Positions 49,156 through 61,419 of a DNA stretch of 64,000 nucleotides are shown here, piece by piece. The position numbers and the translations under genes were made by a program. Under the pieces are notes generated by a model. It saw only the letters and a program-made list of their open reading frames with translations. It had not been told where the DNA came from and made no database searches. The stretch's first letter is position 1. Each line of letters starts with the position of its first letter. Origin of the DNA: Amoebophrya sp. A120 (taxonomy: Eukaryota; Protista; Dinoflagellata); contig CAJINV010000005.1 of NCBI GenBank assembly GCA_905178155.1, forward strand, positions 6,249,207 through 6,313,206. The letters are read 5' to 3'.

Positions 49156-51356
49156 TTACACCCCATACGTCGTGTCAATCTTCCGGATCCCGGCGACTGA
49201 GTCATCCCTTAACCCGTAAATCGTCTCAAACCGCTTTCTCTGCCTTTCCTCCTCCAATTTTTGCCTCTTTTCCAACATCTCATCCGTCACCGGCTCCTGC
49301 ATTTCCCCGCCGAGTAAACTGCCACTGCTGCTATTCCCCAACACCCCCTCATCGCTCGCCTCGATGGTTGACGGGGAAAAAACGTGCTCCAACTCGAGCA
49401 CGATCGCGTCCAACTGGTGCAAACTCGGCCCGGAAATTTTTTTCATCACCTCTTTGTACCGCCATCCTCCGTCCTTCTCATTCGCGTCGTAACAGGGATT
49501 GTGCTCGAGGTAGAGGCATTTCAGCTTCAAATTCCACAAGCCCGCTATTCTTTCATCATTTGCCGCAAGTTCGATTTGCTTCTGCTTGGTTGTTTGGTAG
49601 GGCGTTGTTATGGTTGGTGTTGCTATTGCTGGTTGTAGCTGTACTCCTCCGCTGTCGTCCGGTGATTTTCGCTTCTTCAACAATTCCCCGGACGGCGAAA
49701 CTACGGTCGCCGCGGTTAATGCCCTTGCATTTTCATCTCCTTCACTATCCTGCTTGTAACTATAGTGGTAATCGATGTCGATCCCGCACCCGCTCATCCA
49801 CAATTCCTCTAACTCTGACAACCGGAACTGCTTCGGTATTGAATTTATCCTTTTATTCTGGCTAATGTCCAGCGTTTTTAAGTTCGGCAAATAGTGGTCA
49901 GAGAACAAAAACGGACTTCCGCTTTCCGCTCCGTCTGGTGTGGAGATGGGGAAGGGTGGGAGGTTGTTTTCCGATAAATACAGCTGCTCCAATTTCGGCC
50001 CGCAGAGGTTCTCGAAGAACGACGCCTCCCAGTGTTCTAACCGGTTGCACTGGATCGAGCAGATTTCCAAATCGGGGAGAAAGTGCTCGTGTTCATCCTT
50101 CATATTATCATCAGTCATGCCGTTCACCTTCATGGTGGTGATTTTGTTTTTCCCCAACCACAGCTCCTTCAATTTCCGGTATCAAAAGAAAAAGTCCCCC
50201 CTTCCCATATCAAAACGGAACGCAGATTTGTTGTCACAAATCAGCTTTGTCATGCTACACGGGAAAAGATGCGGACTGTAGTGCTGGGTGGCGTGGGGAA
50301 GCCTTGCATCTTCCGCATGATAGGAGGCAGCTGAGAGTGGGAAACAGCATCACAAATTGCCTGCAAACGAGGCCACGACTGCGGCTCTTGGCCTTCTAGC
50401 ATGACAAGTCGATTTGTGACCTCAAATACAGCATCACAAATTTCGTTTTCGATATGGGGAGCGAGGATTTTTCCTCTCGATATCCGGAGGTGGATCACGT
50501 CCTGCGGGATTTCGCGTAGCCGGTTGGCGCCGAGCTCGAGGATTTCCAGATTCTTGAAACACGATAACGCGTTCTCCGGAACCTCTTCTAATTTGTTGGA
50601 CGGGAGGTACCTGATGGGTTGTAGCAAATGAGGGTATAGGATTTAGGAAACAGTTCTGATAGTAGTTTGTCATGCTCAGTAAAAATGCAATCCTGATTTG
50701 TCATGCGCACCACAGCACATCAGAAAGAAAACAAATCTTAATCTATACAGTTTCTTCAGCGTATCCGCAAACACCGGTTTTTTGTCAATCCGGTCCGGGT
50801 CCCCCGCGTCCAAATACCCCAGATATCGGATCCGGTTGAAGCTCAAGTCTAGATGCTCCAGTTTCGGACAAAACTCCAAATTCTCGATGCGTTTTATCGC
50901 GTTTTGATACAACTCCAAATGCCGTAAGTTGCACAAAGTCTCCAACCCCTCGATTTTCTCCACGTTGTTCGCGATGAGTTTCAAAACTTGCAGATTACTC
51001 CCGATGATGTCGAGATTGACCATCTGCTGGATCCTTGCTGTGGACAGAACCAGTTCCGGTTGGTTCGGATCTAAAGGGATGTCCTTCCCCAGAATCGTGA
51101 ACTTCGGCGCGGACTCGTCCTGACATTCCGTGTTCACACCAGCCGCCGGGTTGATCTTAATCGCGTTTTTGGATTCCGTTTTGAGGTTCACGGATTTGTT
51201 GTTGTTTTTCGGAGAGGGAGAATCGGGTATGATGTCTTCGCACGCGAAAAGATCATCGTCGTCGTCTTTGTTTGCGGCGAAAAGCCCGGACCGGTCGACT
51301 TTCACAGACCCAAAGGTCTGGATCATCGGGTTGGGCTTCGGCGGGTTGGCGGCCAT
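49156..51356 (-). CDS. SDS22: Sds22-like leucine-rich-repeat protein (PP1 regulatory subunit 7)
   Basis: Sds22-type LRRs (LRHLELYQNAIKRIENL, LEHLDLSFNRI, LEILELGANRLREI, LKELWLGKNKI) and LRR cap LYLEHNP...YK...LHQLDA; GT-AG intron 50611-50748 plus an introner. Confidence 0.85.
50180..50482. mobile_element. Introner family F
   Basis: DR tccgg/tccgg. Confidence 0.9.
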
Positions 51357-51799
51357 TGCTATGCTTTCAAGTTTTGTGATACTAGAGATTCAAATTTATT
51401 TCGACGAAAAAGTGAAAGTCATGACGTCAGTCCTAGTTAAAAACCGTAGCCTGGAGTTGCTCCTAGTACAAGAGGTTGGAAGAGAAGGGCGCAATGAAGT
51501 GAATAAATCAAAATTATCGGGTCGTCGTCGCAACTGTGATAAAAAAAAGGGGTCCTCTTAATAGATGTAGATGTAGAAGTAGCACAAGTGCAATTTATGA
51601 CGGCGCACTATAGTTGCTAAAGCCGCTCGTCTGCAACAGAGGCAAAGCTACAAAAAAATCATCACTCAGGGGTACAACTCATCCTCTTAAAAGGTCGCTG
51701 CTAGGATTTTTGGTTGTTGGAAATTAATCAATTCCCGGCTGTTGTTGACACCTGTGCCTATCTCTGCAACGAACTTTCCAACTACCTTGTTGTCTTATC

Positions 51800-53060
51800 C
51801 AACTTAATTCTGATCTTTGATGCGATTCATACTATTTTGAGCTGATGCGCTTTCGTTCACGAAACACTTCGACCCATTTTTTTCCTTTACGGCAAGTGAT
51901 TTTAGACATTCCTGCCGTCGCATTTCTGGATCTTTTCCTCGATGTAATCCGCGTCGGTCAAAATTTTGTTCTATCGTGGAAAATTCTTCAGCATCCTGAT
52001 TGCAGTGCATTTCTTGAAATTTCATGTGCAATTAAACAGACATAGTGTACAAAAATTCTTCATGTTGCTCCTCTTGCGCAGATCTTACCTGTACCAAAGC
52101 CTGAAGAAGATAGAACATGTGTACGTATTTTTTCAAGCGTGTTCATCTATTTGGGCGACGCACGGCAGGTCGAGCATCTGAATGCAAGTTGAAGCTTCAT
52201 CATGGTTTATTTGAAAAAGCTGATGTTCTTTCTCACTCAATATTACTGCGCTGCGTGGTATTAAAACATGTTGCGAAGAAGTAGACCACTGTATGCTCAA
52301 AACATCAAGACGACAACCAAAACGAACGCCGTTTTTCTCTTCACGATCATAGCGATACTGTACTTTGGCAAACAGCAAACAAAAAGATAATATTCGTACT
52401 CCGTACGGGGTCGCGCGCGACTCAGCTTTGTGAGGTGGAAGCAACAGGTTTTTACGAAGGAAGCTGCAAGTTAGTAAACTGTAACTGGTGGTGGAAAAAA
52501 TTCATCCCCCTTCTCTGATACTTCTGGTCCAAAATACCGACACAATGATGTCAGCGGGTCGTTGTCAACAGTGTATCGTCTAGATTTACAACCCAATTCA
52601 GTCAACATTTTCAATATCGGCAAAAGAAATCTGCTTTGGCGTAGTTTTTGCAAGAGAGGCATCAAGAAGTGATGTTGTAGTTGTTGTGATATCATGTATC
52701 ATGACGTCGTGCTTGTTCGAACAAAATAGTAAAGTATTAGACAGCTGCTCCTTTCTTTCCCCATAAATTTTTGAAACCCAGCTGGTCAATCTTCCATACG
52801 GCTGGAAGCGCGGCGACTCCGTTGTATCACAAATGTGATCGTAGAGCGCTCCAGTCGATAGGTAAAAATTGACGCAAAACTAAGCTCTACCTCGTAACAA
52901 TTGCGTTTTTTTCAAAATATTCTCTAATAGTGCCTCAACTTCGATCGACGAAGGGATGCATAATTCTACAAGCGTATTGAACTTGAACAGGATACAAGCT
53001 TAGTGCTGTTATGCGCATCCATATCCTCAAAATCATAAGGAGTCCGCATGGACAAACTCA
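51800..53060 (-). pseudogene. Possible decayed coding sequence of unknown origin
   Basis: AT-richer stretch with a chain of 60-100 aa minus-strand ORFs broken by stops; no motif recognised. Confidence 0.25.
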
Positions 53061-53471
53061 TCCTACAACGGTTCTGGTTAGTGTTCTTCCAATAGGATTG
53101 TAAAAGAAATCTTACAACCCCCGCACACTCATTTCCGGTCGTGGTCGTCCTCCGATTGATCTACTAGTAGAGAAAATCTATATCGCATGTAGTTATTCTT
53201 ATTTCTGACATGTTGTATTAAAGTCATCTTGTACAGCCTTACTTACTTGTGTAGCATGCAAGCACTTTGTTCTTGTTTTCAATTTCTTCGTCTTCTATAC
53301 TGTGGCTTTCAATTTTTCAAAAATGCATAGTAAAGCAAAGGCATGTACTAGTGGCGCAGCACTATCAATCCTGCACCTGCTTCCCCGTTTCTACAATTCT
53401 TTTGATGTTTTTTACGGCCGTTGTGTCCGCCCCATTTTCGCGCCCCCGGCGACCATATCGATCACTCTCAA

Positions 53472-56400
53472 CTACAGCAACAACCCCCGACGAATTCCCT
53501 GTGGGTGTCTAACCGAGCTGTTGATCGGCTGATGCTGCCCTGACGGGGGCACTGCTTGTGCTAGTTTCTGGTCACCGTTGTTTTCTACTTGCCCCGATGT
53601 TGAACTAGTACCGTTCATCATTTTCCCGTCCTGGGTCCTCGTCGCCCGCAGCTGCGGATTCAGCTCAAACGCACCGACCTGCAACAGCTTCGCCAAAGAA
53701 TCCCCTAAACTTAGCTTCACGAAGTTGTTGCCCCGACCGTAGTTCGCTTTTCGCATTCTCTTTGCGTGAAGATTGTTGTGGTCATAGTACGGGAAAGAAG
53801 AAGATCCCCACTCGTCGTGGTCATAGTCGTAATTGTCATCGCGAAAGCCGCCGTACCACCTGTCGCCCCGCTGCGTGTTAGTGTAGCGGTTTTCCCAACT
53901 GTCCGCGTGGTGGAAGTGCGGCCTTTCAGGCTCCCGACTCGGCGCCGTATAGATCAGCTTCCAATCGAATTTTTCCTCCTCGGGGTTGATGATGGTAACG
54001 TCTCCAGCAGCAAGATCTGCAGCTTCTTCATCCAATTTGGCAAGTTCTTCTGGAGAAGTAGATTTGTTCGCTGAAGATCCTTTTCTGCTTCCCCCGTCAG
54101 AAACTTGTATCCTTCCATACTGGAACATCACAGTGATCTCCCGACTCGCGGTCAAGAAGGAACTACCCTGCTTGTGTTGCCGCTGTTGTTGCGGAACCAA
54201 TTGCTGTCCACGACAAATCTCGCTCGGGCGCAGCAAGGGACTGGTGGTCGGACTGGGGCTTCTGCTGCGGAGGAAAGAAGTTGCGCCCGTAGCACTATCC
54301 CTGGAAGCACTTGCGGATAGAAAAGGTCGCTGGAGTTGCTGTTGCGGGGACGCTGTCGCTGTAATGGCAGGAGCACAACTTGTGGAGACCACGTGACTCG
54401 TGGAAGTTGGTTGCGGCCGAAAATCCTCCACGCTCGCCTTGGTCTTGAAGAACTGTGTTGTGAACTTCAGAGAATCTGTCGTCGTTGTATCCCCAGCCGC
54501 TTCAACATCATCTGCAGCGTCACTTGTTCCAGTCAAATTCAAATCGAAATCCTCCACGACAACGTGCCACCCGGTGGGGACATTGTGCTCGTAGAACCCA
54601 ATCATGATCTTGCTGCGCGTGAACATCAGACCGAGGCCTATCAAATGTAAAAATGTCTGGGTCTGGAAGGTTCTGAGACTTGTCGTGCATGTTTTGCATT
54701 GGCCATGATGTCTGTGATGCATGCCCTAGCATCACAGATTTTTTGAGGGCTTCGCGATGCCTATTCCGCATGACAAATTCCCTCTCCGCGTAGCAAAAAT
54801 TGCATTCCCTTTGCTGCTCATGCAATACAGATGTTTTTGGAATCCAAATTCAGCATCACAAGTTGCATTCTTTCAGACCCAGACATTTTTACATTTGATA
54901 AGGCCGGAACGTTTGCCATTCGCGAAGTTCCCGACGAACCACCTGAGGAAGATTTTTTTAAAGAAAGACTAAAAGTTTTTGATTTTGTTCTTGATTCTAG
55001 CATCAGAAAAACAATGCGTTGTTGCAGCACGATGGCACATCTTGCGACAAAGACTTCACCAGAGAAGAGGAAGATGACATCAATAGAACGCAGAGTTATT
55101 TTGCAGACATTGTCATAGTACCCTAGATCCCCCAAGCGCAGTCTCCCCTTCCCATGCGGCACGACCTCCTGAGCGGTCGCATAGGAGCCGTCATGCAGTC
55201 CTCCACCCGGATGACGCGGCGCACCAGCAGCAGCCGTTATTTTCCCAACGAAATCAAACTTGGAAGAGAAACTGCCTACACGGAGGTCAAAGTTCAAAAG
55301 CTTGTTTTGTTGTTGAGTACTACCCGCCGTCGCGTATGAAGATCCTTGCTCTGCTTTCTGAAACGATTTCTCATACTGCCCAATCAACTTGTACAACTCA
55401 TCGGGCGAGGTAAACGAGTCCACATTCGGCCACGAATTCCCCGTTTCCGTCCAGGACAAATTGTTGCTGCTGGCTGAAGCAGAACTTTGCCGGTACTGTT
55501 TTTCTTGGTTGAAGATAAGAAAGTCTTGGAGAATTTGCAGGAGATACGGTGATTTGGTGCTCGTTTCAAACCAGGTGGTTAGTTGCTGTACTGGTACTGG
55601 TTGCTGATGTTGCAACTCTTCCATCACAACATCGCAGACCGACTTCGGGGCACAAGATCTTGCCGTGTAGCAAGAGGCCGCAGCTTCGCTGGCCGGCGGC
55701 GTACCATATTGGGATCTAGTACTCGCGTCATCTTCTTCATACGACAGCTCGAAGGGGTGGTCATTTGCTTGTAGTTCATGAGAAACAGCTGCACCGGCTA
55801 CTGCTGCGAAGCCCAAATCCACATCGGGCAGACTGGATTTGCTTAAACTCACCGCCGCGGGTGGTAGGGAAAAAGGCGCGAGCAACGGACTTCTCGGGCA
55901 AGAGGAGGAGGGACCAGTAGCTGCTAGTCCAACTCTGGAGGCCGCGCCACGACTGGAAGAAGATGACTCGACAACATTTCGCTGACGTCCACCATTTTTC
56001 CGCTGTAAAAGACCGCTGAAGAAATTCGCAGACAACAAATTATGATGATCCACCCCGCTGTATGATCTATTGCCCGCGAAGGTCCTCGTCCCCCCTGTTG
56101 TTGTCGAAGCCAACCGCAAAGTTCGTACCAGCACTGGGAAGTCAATCATCGATAGCTTGATTAACTGGTCCGCGGATTCCGGTTTCTTCAAGCTAAAATA
56201 CAGGTAGGAATCGTTTTCTCTCTTCAAGTAGGGGAAGATCCGGTGCAAATCGGAAGTTTTGGACGCATTTTTCCACTGTTGCGGGGTCACCTGCCCGTAC
56301 GTTCTCCGCAAAAAAGCGAACCGGGCTGCGAGCTGCCACCAGAGCTGGGATTCAAAATCCTGGAATAGTATTGAAGAGTGGCGCCGTGGGGGATGAGAGG

Positions 56401-59400
56401 TCCGAGACATCATCTTCTTCACAGCGGGGTGTTCGTCTCCTGTTACACTAGTGGCCTCTTTCCCCGCGGTGGCTTGACGCTGCAGCTCGTCGGAGGAAGT
56501 CGCAGTTGTAGCGAGCATCTCCGCGAGCTCTTTCCAAGGTTGCGGCTTCAGAGAATTATGTAGTCCTTGTTGCTGCCCGGATGTTGTTGAAAAATACTTC
56601 TGCTGAAACAGCGTGTTGGAGGAAAATTTGTACGCTTCGTCCAGCTTGAAAAGTTTTTCCAGCCGGTTCGCATTGAACCTTGTCTGGTGCCCGTGGTCGC
56701 CATCTTGTTCTCCTCCATCACCATGATCGAGAATCCCTTGCCATAATCTTTCTATCTTCTCTGCCTCTGCGTCCAGCCACTCCTGCGTCATCTCTGCTAC
56801 AGTGGGGATCTTGGAGAATACTGCCGCTTTATTGCTCTTCCCTTCAGATGGAAACAGCCAGTGGGAGGAGGAAAAATAACCGTCTTCTTGCTCTTCTCTC
56901 TCTTTGTTCCCATCACGCGGTAGTTCTGGCGTAGAAGCCCGGTCTGGTTGTTCTGAAGATTGCACACTTTGATCCGCCAATAGAGAACTTGCGTCACCCG
57001 TGCCGAGCAAAGTGCTTCGGCTCCGCGACAGATCTTCCAGGAACAACGCCTCCGATTGTTCCCTGGCGTAAAAATACTCCTCCACCGAACACATTTCCTC
57101 CTTCTTCTTCGTAGAAAAAAACCCGCTCGGGTGCGACACGGCCATCCCCTGGAAGTCGTGGTCTGACGAGAGCCTCGGCTCCAGGCTGAGAAACTTCGGG
57201 TTTCGGGAAGAGCTCTTTTCTTCAAAAGAGGAGCTAACGGAGGACGTCGCTGGGGTGCGCTATGCATTGCAAAAGCATCGTACTTACTAGTATGACTTGC
57301 ATCACAAATTTGTTCCACCTGGCAAATGGAGTTTGTCATGCTGAATTACCTAAGTCAGCTCGTGCAAAAATACTGGCTTTCATACGAGTGCGATACTTTT
57401 GCAGTGCATATGCGCCACGTTTTCACGATAACCTCGTTCGACGGAGCGGAGAGCAGATTTAGAGGGATTTGTTGTTCTTGTTCCTTTTCGACGGCGGGTT
57501 TTTGAAGAGAATTCAAAGCAGAATAATGCAGCTGTTCTTCTCGCGGAAAAAGGTTGCTCATCCACGTCTTTTGCGCGAAAGCATGGTCCTCTTCCGCAGG
57601 TCTTATTTCTGCGAAGTCAACAACATCCGTCGCTTGCAGTTCTTCCACCATACCTCGCGTCAGATCCGCAACAGAAACTCCGATTTGCCCGAGAAATTTC
57701 TGCAGTTCCCGCACCCCAATCTCCGCAACGTGTTTCAAAGCGTTCACCTCCATTTCTTCGGCGGATAAAAAAGATGCCGTCGAGGACAACTTTTGGTCCT
57801 TGTCATCTTCTGCTGGTAGAAGATCTTCACTTCCTGCGAGGACCTCTGGCTGTGGAGCTACAACTGCGTTGGAGACTCTAGCATCTGAAGTGGCGGGACT
57901 CGATCTCGAAGCACTTGTGGGATCCGGGTCACCCCCCTTGATATTATAATCTCCCGACGAAACTATCGGGGGCGATGTGTCTTCTGGTGGTTCTCGTTCC
58001 TCTTGAAGAAGCTGGAGCTGCCCGGCGGTGGTCGGGGGAAATAGTTGCGTGGCTGGGCCTGGCGTCGCCGCCCCTGCTGGTGCGCCAGCAGCATTTGCAC
58101 CAGCAGCAGTCGTAGAAGTTGCATCACCACCAGCTGCTGCATCACTACCAGAAAGCACTTGTTCCACTTCGTCGCTCTGCAGCCTTGATCTCGTTCTTTC
58201 GCTAAAGGAACTAGTCCCTCTGCTGGCCCTTGGTGTGGAATCCAAAGAGGCCGAAATAGATGAACCCCAGAAATCCTCATTGCCTAGCATTGGTTCATCG
58301 TTATTTTTGGGTGTTGCACTCATCTCCCTAGCTGCATCTGGAAGATTGCACTGAAATGTCACGTTGTTGCTGGAGTTTTGCAGAGAGTTAGTTGCGGATC
58401 TTTCCTCGATGTTGCCCAGAAATGTTGGCAAGAGACCAGTACCCCCTGCTGCGCCACTGGCGAGTTCCTGCATCGCGTTAATGCTGCCTTGCCGAGAGAT
58501 TTCGAATTCACTTCCCGCTCCGTTGCGAGTCGTGTCACCCCCGCAGCTCGTACTTCTGGTGAAAGGTTCGGAAGCAGGTGCCGCTTGTCCTCCGTACAGG
58601 TTTCCACCGGATGATACCGTTTTTACGAGAGAACCGCCAAACTTTCTCGGAATAAGTGTTGCGCTCTGAGACGGGGTTCCGGGGCGTGTACTACCCGCTC
58701 CAGGGAACACCCCGTCGCCGATCTTCGGCGTGGTGTGCGCCAGAGTGTTCGGCGCTTCCGTCGACCGGGAGCTGCTCACGTTGCTGGACGGAAGCTGATT
58801 ACCGTAGTTCTCGAAGGTGTAGTAGTGCTGGTGTTCTCCGCCTAAAGAAGTGCTGCGGCGCGAGGAAATTTTTTTACCGGGTAGTTGAGAGGCTGACGAA
58901 AACGGATCTTGTTCTTCGATGCGAGCTTGTTCCTCGGCATTGTCAACATTGTCTGCAGGTGCAGTAATTCTAGTCCCCGTGCCTGCCGTAGAAGCATCCT
59001 CGTCTACAACTTTCGGTGGCACTACACACGGAAATCGTTGCTCTTCTACCACAGTGGCAGAAGTCACGTTCTTGTCTTTAACTTTTTCCCAGGTCGACGA
59101 GTCAAAACCTAGCGGCGATTGCTTCCCGGCCTTTGTACTCATCGTTCCCTGCTGGTGCTCCGCTTCCGATGCAGCGGACGAAGCAGGTGCTAATCCGAGA
59201 TTCTTTCCGCTACCTTCCGAAATCATGCTTGCGTCGCGCGAAAATGTTCTTGAGACCTGTTCTTGACTTTGTAGTTCAATATCGAAAGGTATCAAATCTG
59301 AGTTTATCGTTCCCGCAGAGATTTCGTCCGAGCTCTTGTAATTATCGTCGGAAGAGAGGCCCCGCATCGCAATTTTCAATTCCATGTTGTCTACTCCAGG

Positions 59401-61032
59401 ACGTTGCTCATCTTCAATTCCGATGTGAGCCACAGCGGCGCTAGGTCCAGCACGGCCTGCTTGTTGTGCTGCAGCTTCTTTCATGTTGTTTCCGAGTTCT
59501 TGGACCGTCTGTTCATGCAAGACTGTCGCTTGTAGTTCTTGGCTCTGTCCGTGCAGTGTGTGATCAACAGCGGCCACCTCCGACATGGGAGATCTGCTCT
59601 GGTGTAGTTGCGCAAGCCCGGCATGATCTGGAAAAATCTCGTCTCGCTTCGGCGTCGAGGCGAAGCTAGGAATCATTTCTACGTCCTGCAAACATGAGGC
59701 AAAGTCCTTTTGCAGCCCAGCACGACCCGTAGAAGAAGGCAAACACGACTCTGATGACCTGCCCAAAGTATGTTGCTGTTGCCCCGGGTTCTGGTGCTGA
59801 TGATGCCCCTGCAGCCCTGGCGGTCCTGTGCTGCCAACACCAGAGGTCAAGAACATCATCTCTGTGTCGCGTGACGTAGACGATGCTGCATCAATCGTTC
59901 CTGAGGTGGACGAAAGAAACCTCACTCTACTTCGCGCATGCAGCGGTCTATGGGTGGAAAGTTTTTTCTTCTTCTCGTTCAAGGGCTGGTGACTGGTAGG
60001 AGACACGGCCAATGACCGCCACGAAGTCCTCGCCGACTCTGCTTCGGAACCGGAACTAGAAATAAGCTGCGCGTGGTTCAACATCTCGTGGTCATTTTCA
60101 CCATCCTCATCGGCGATTTTCAACTCCGCCAGCCTTCTTAGCACCTCATTGTGAAAATCGCGAAAATTATTGTGCTGCGAGGATGAGGGCGGTTGCTGCT
60201 GTAGTAGTGCACTAGTACTGCTAGCAGTTGACCCGGGTGGAAGTAGAGCCCCCCGCGCTCCTGGTGCATGACCAGCAGATGTTGTTGAAGAAGTAATGCC
60301 ATTACCAGGAGCTTGCTCATGTTTCATATTGGCCCCAGAACTTGTCAGAAGCCGCAGGGTAGAAGTGGCTGTAGTGCCGTCTCCACTCGCATGCAGCTCT
60401 GGAGCACCATCTACGTCGCTCGCATGATCGACGTCGTTGTCCAGAGGCCCTTTCAACATTGGACTACTCAGTAACTTCCGCTGACGCTGCTGCTGCTTCG
60501 GTGGCTTTTGTGCGAGCAGACATAACTTGCTCGGAAAATTTAGCGTGGACACTAGTGTCCCCCTCGTGCTGGGCCCATCTGCGGCCGATGTCGTGGCCTC
60601 CGGGCAAGACACAGCGCCGTCGTTGAAGAAGATGTTGCTCGGGGCCTCTTGGTGCACCGCCTGGTCATCTCCGAAAGAAGCGGTAGAAAGGCCTTGATGC
60701 TCAATCGCTGATGATTCCGCGGCAGTAGACGACGTCCCCTCATGCCGTTGCCTCCCATGTTGTTCCTGATTTGTCCTCTTATCTGCACCTCCAAAACCGA
60801 GGGAGAACTCCACAAACCGCCCCGCCGGGGCGAAGAAACACAAGAGCGGCCACGAAAACCTGTAGTGCAAGTTGAAGCTGCGGCTCGAGGGGGTTGTGGT
60901 GGTCCCTTTTGCTTTTGTAGTGTGCATTGTTATCGTAAAACAAGCACAGGGTCCAGTTTGTCGACACTGTAGCGGTGGTCCAGCTCCTATTTGTTGCAGT
61001 GCGTGCAGTGCCGATGGAGTTGTTGTGTGCAA
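53472..61032 (-). CDS. Very large low-complexity hypothetical protein (over 2000 aa), possible MORN-like motif; ends uncertain
   Basis: ORFs of 1225, 775 and 416 aa join in frame after removing introners 57261-57410 and 54639-54900; PHGKGRLRLGDLGYY is MORN-like. Confidence 0.7.
54639..54900. mobile_element. Introner family D1
   Basis: DR aggcc/aggcc. Confidence 0.9.
57261..57410. mobile_element. Introner family A (reverse orientation)
   Basis: DR tgcgc/tgcgc. Confidence 0.9.
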
Positions 61033-61419
61033 AAAAACTTCTCTGATGCGGCGATGAAGAACTTAGCTGGTGGTCGCTTTGCTCTCGTCTTGTGGTGCTG
61101 ACAATTCTATTCCCCGATCGCAGAAGCGTTGGCGTTGTTGCTGCACCATATGAATTCACTTCTAGTTCTGAGCATCAGATTATTTCACGCGAGACGAAAA
61201 AAGGAAGATAAAGTCGTAAGTATTTACAAGCAAGCCTGAGCGTCTACACAAGATCTTCACGTTCAAAACTACCAGATTAATTAACGTTCAGGGTCTGTGC
61301 AGAAGGGTTTTCGTGTCGGTTTGCATTATAGACATTCATAACATAAGTGAGCAACGGCTCAGAAGTCGCGCAAGGTTCATACAACGACATGTGGAACCAA
61401 GAACCAAGCGGAACACACT

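Noticed and set aside
1142-54972. Recurring peptides FQTQTFLHL, CKNVWVWK, NAKMSGSG, CKSIALV as a protein family
   Set aside because: They are frame translations of introner TIRs, not a conserved protein
348-57410. Host genes as transposon-killed pseudogenes
   Set aside because: Exons show no stops or frameshifts after precise element removal, and catalytic motifs are intact in several conserved genes
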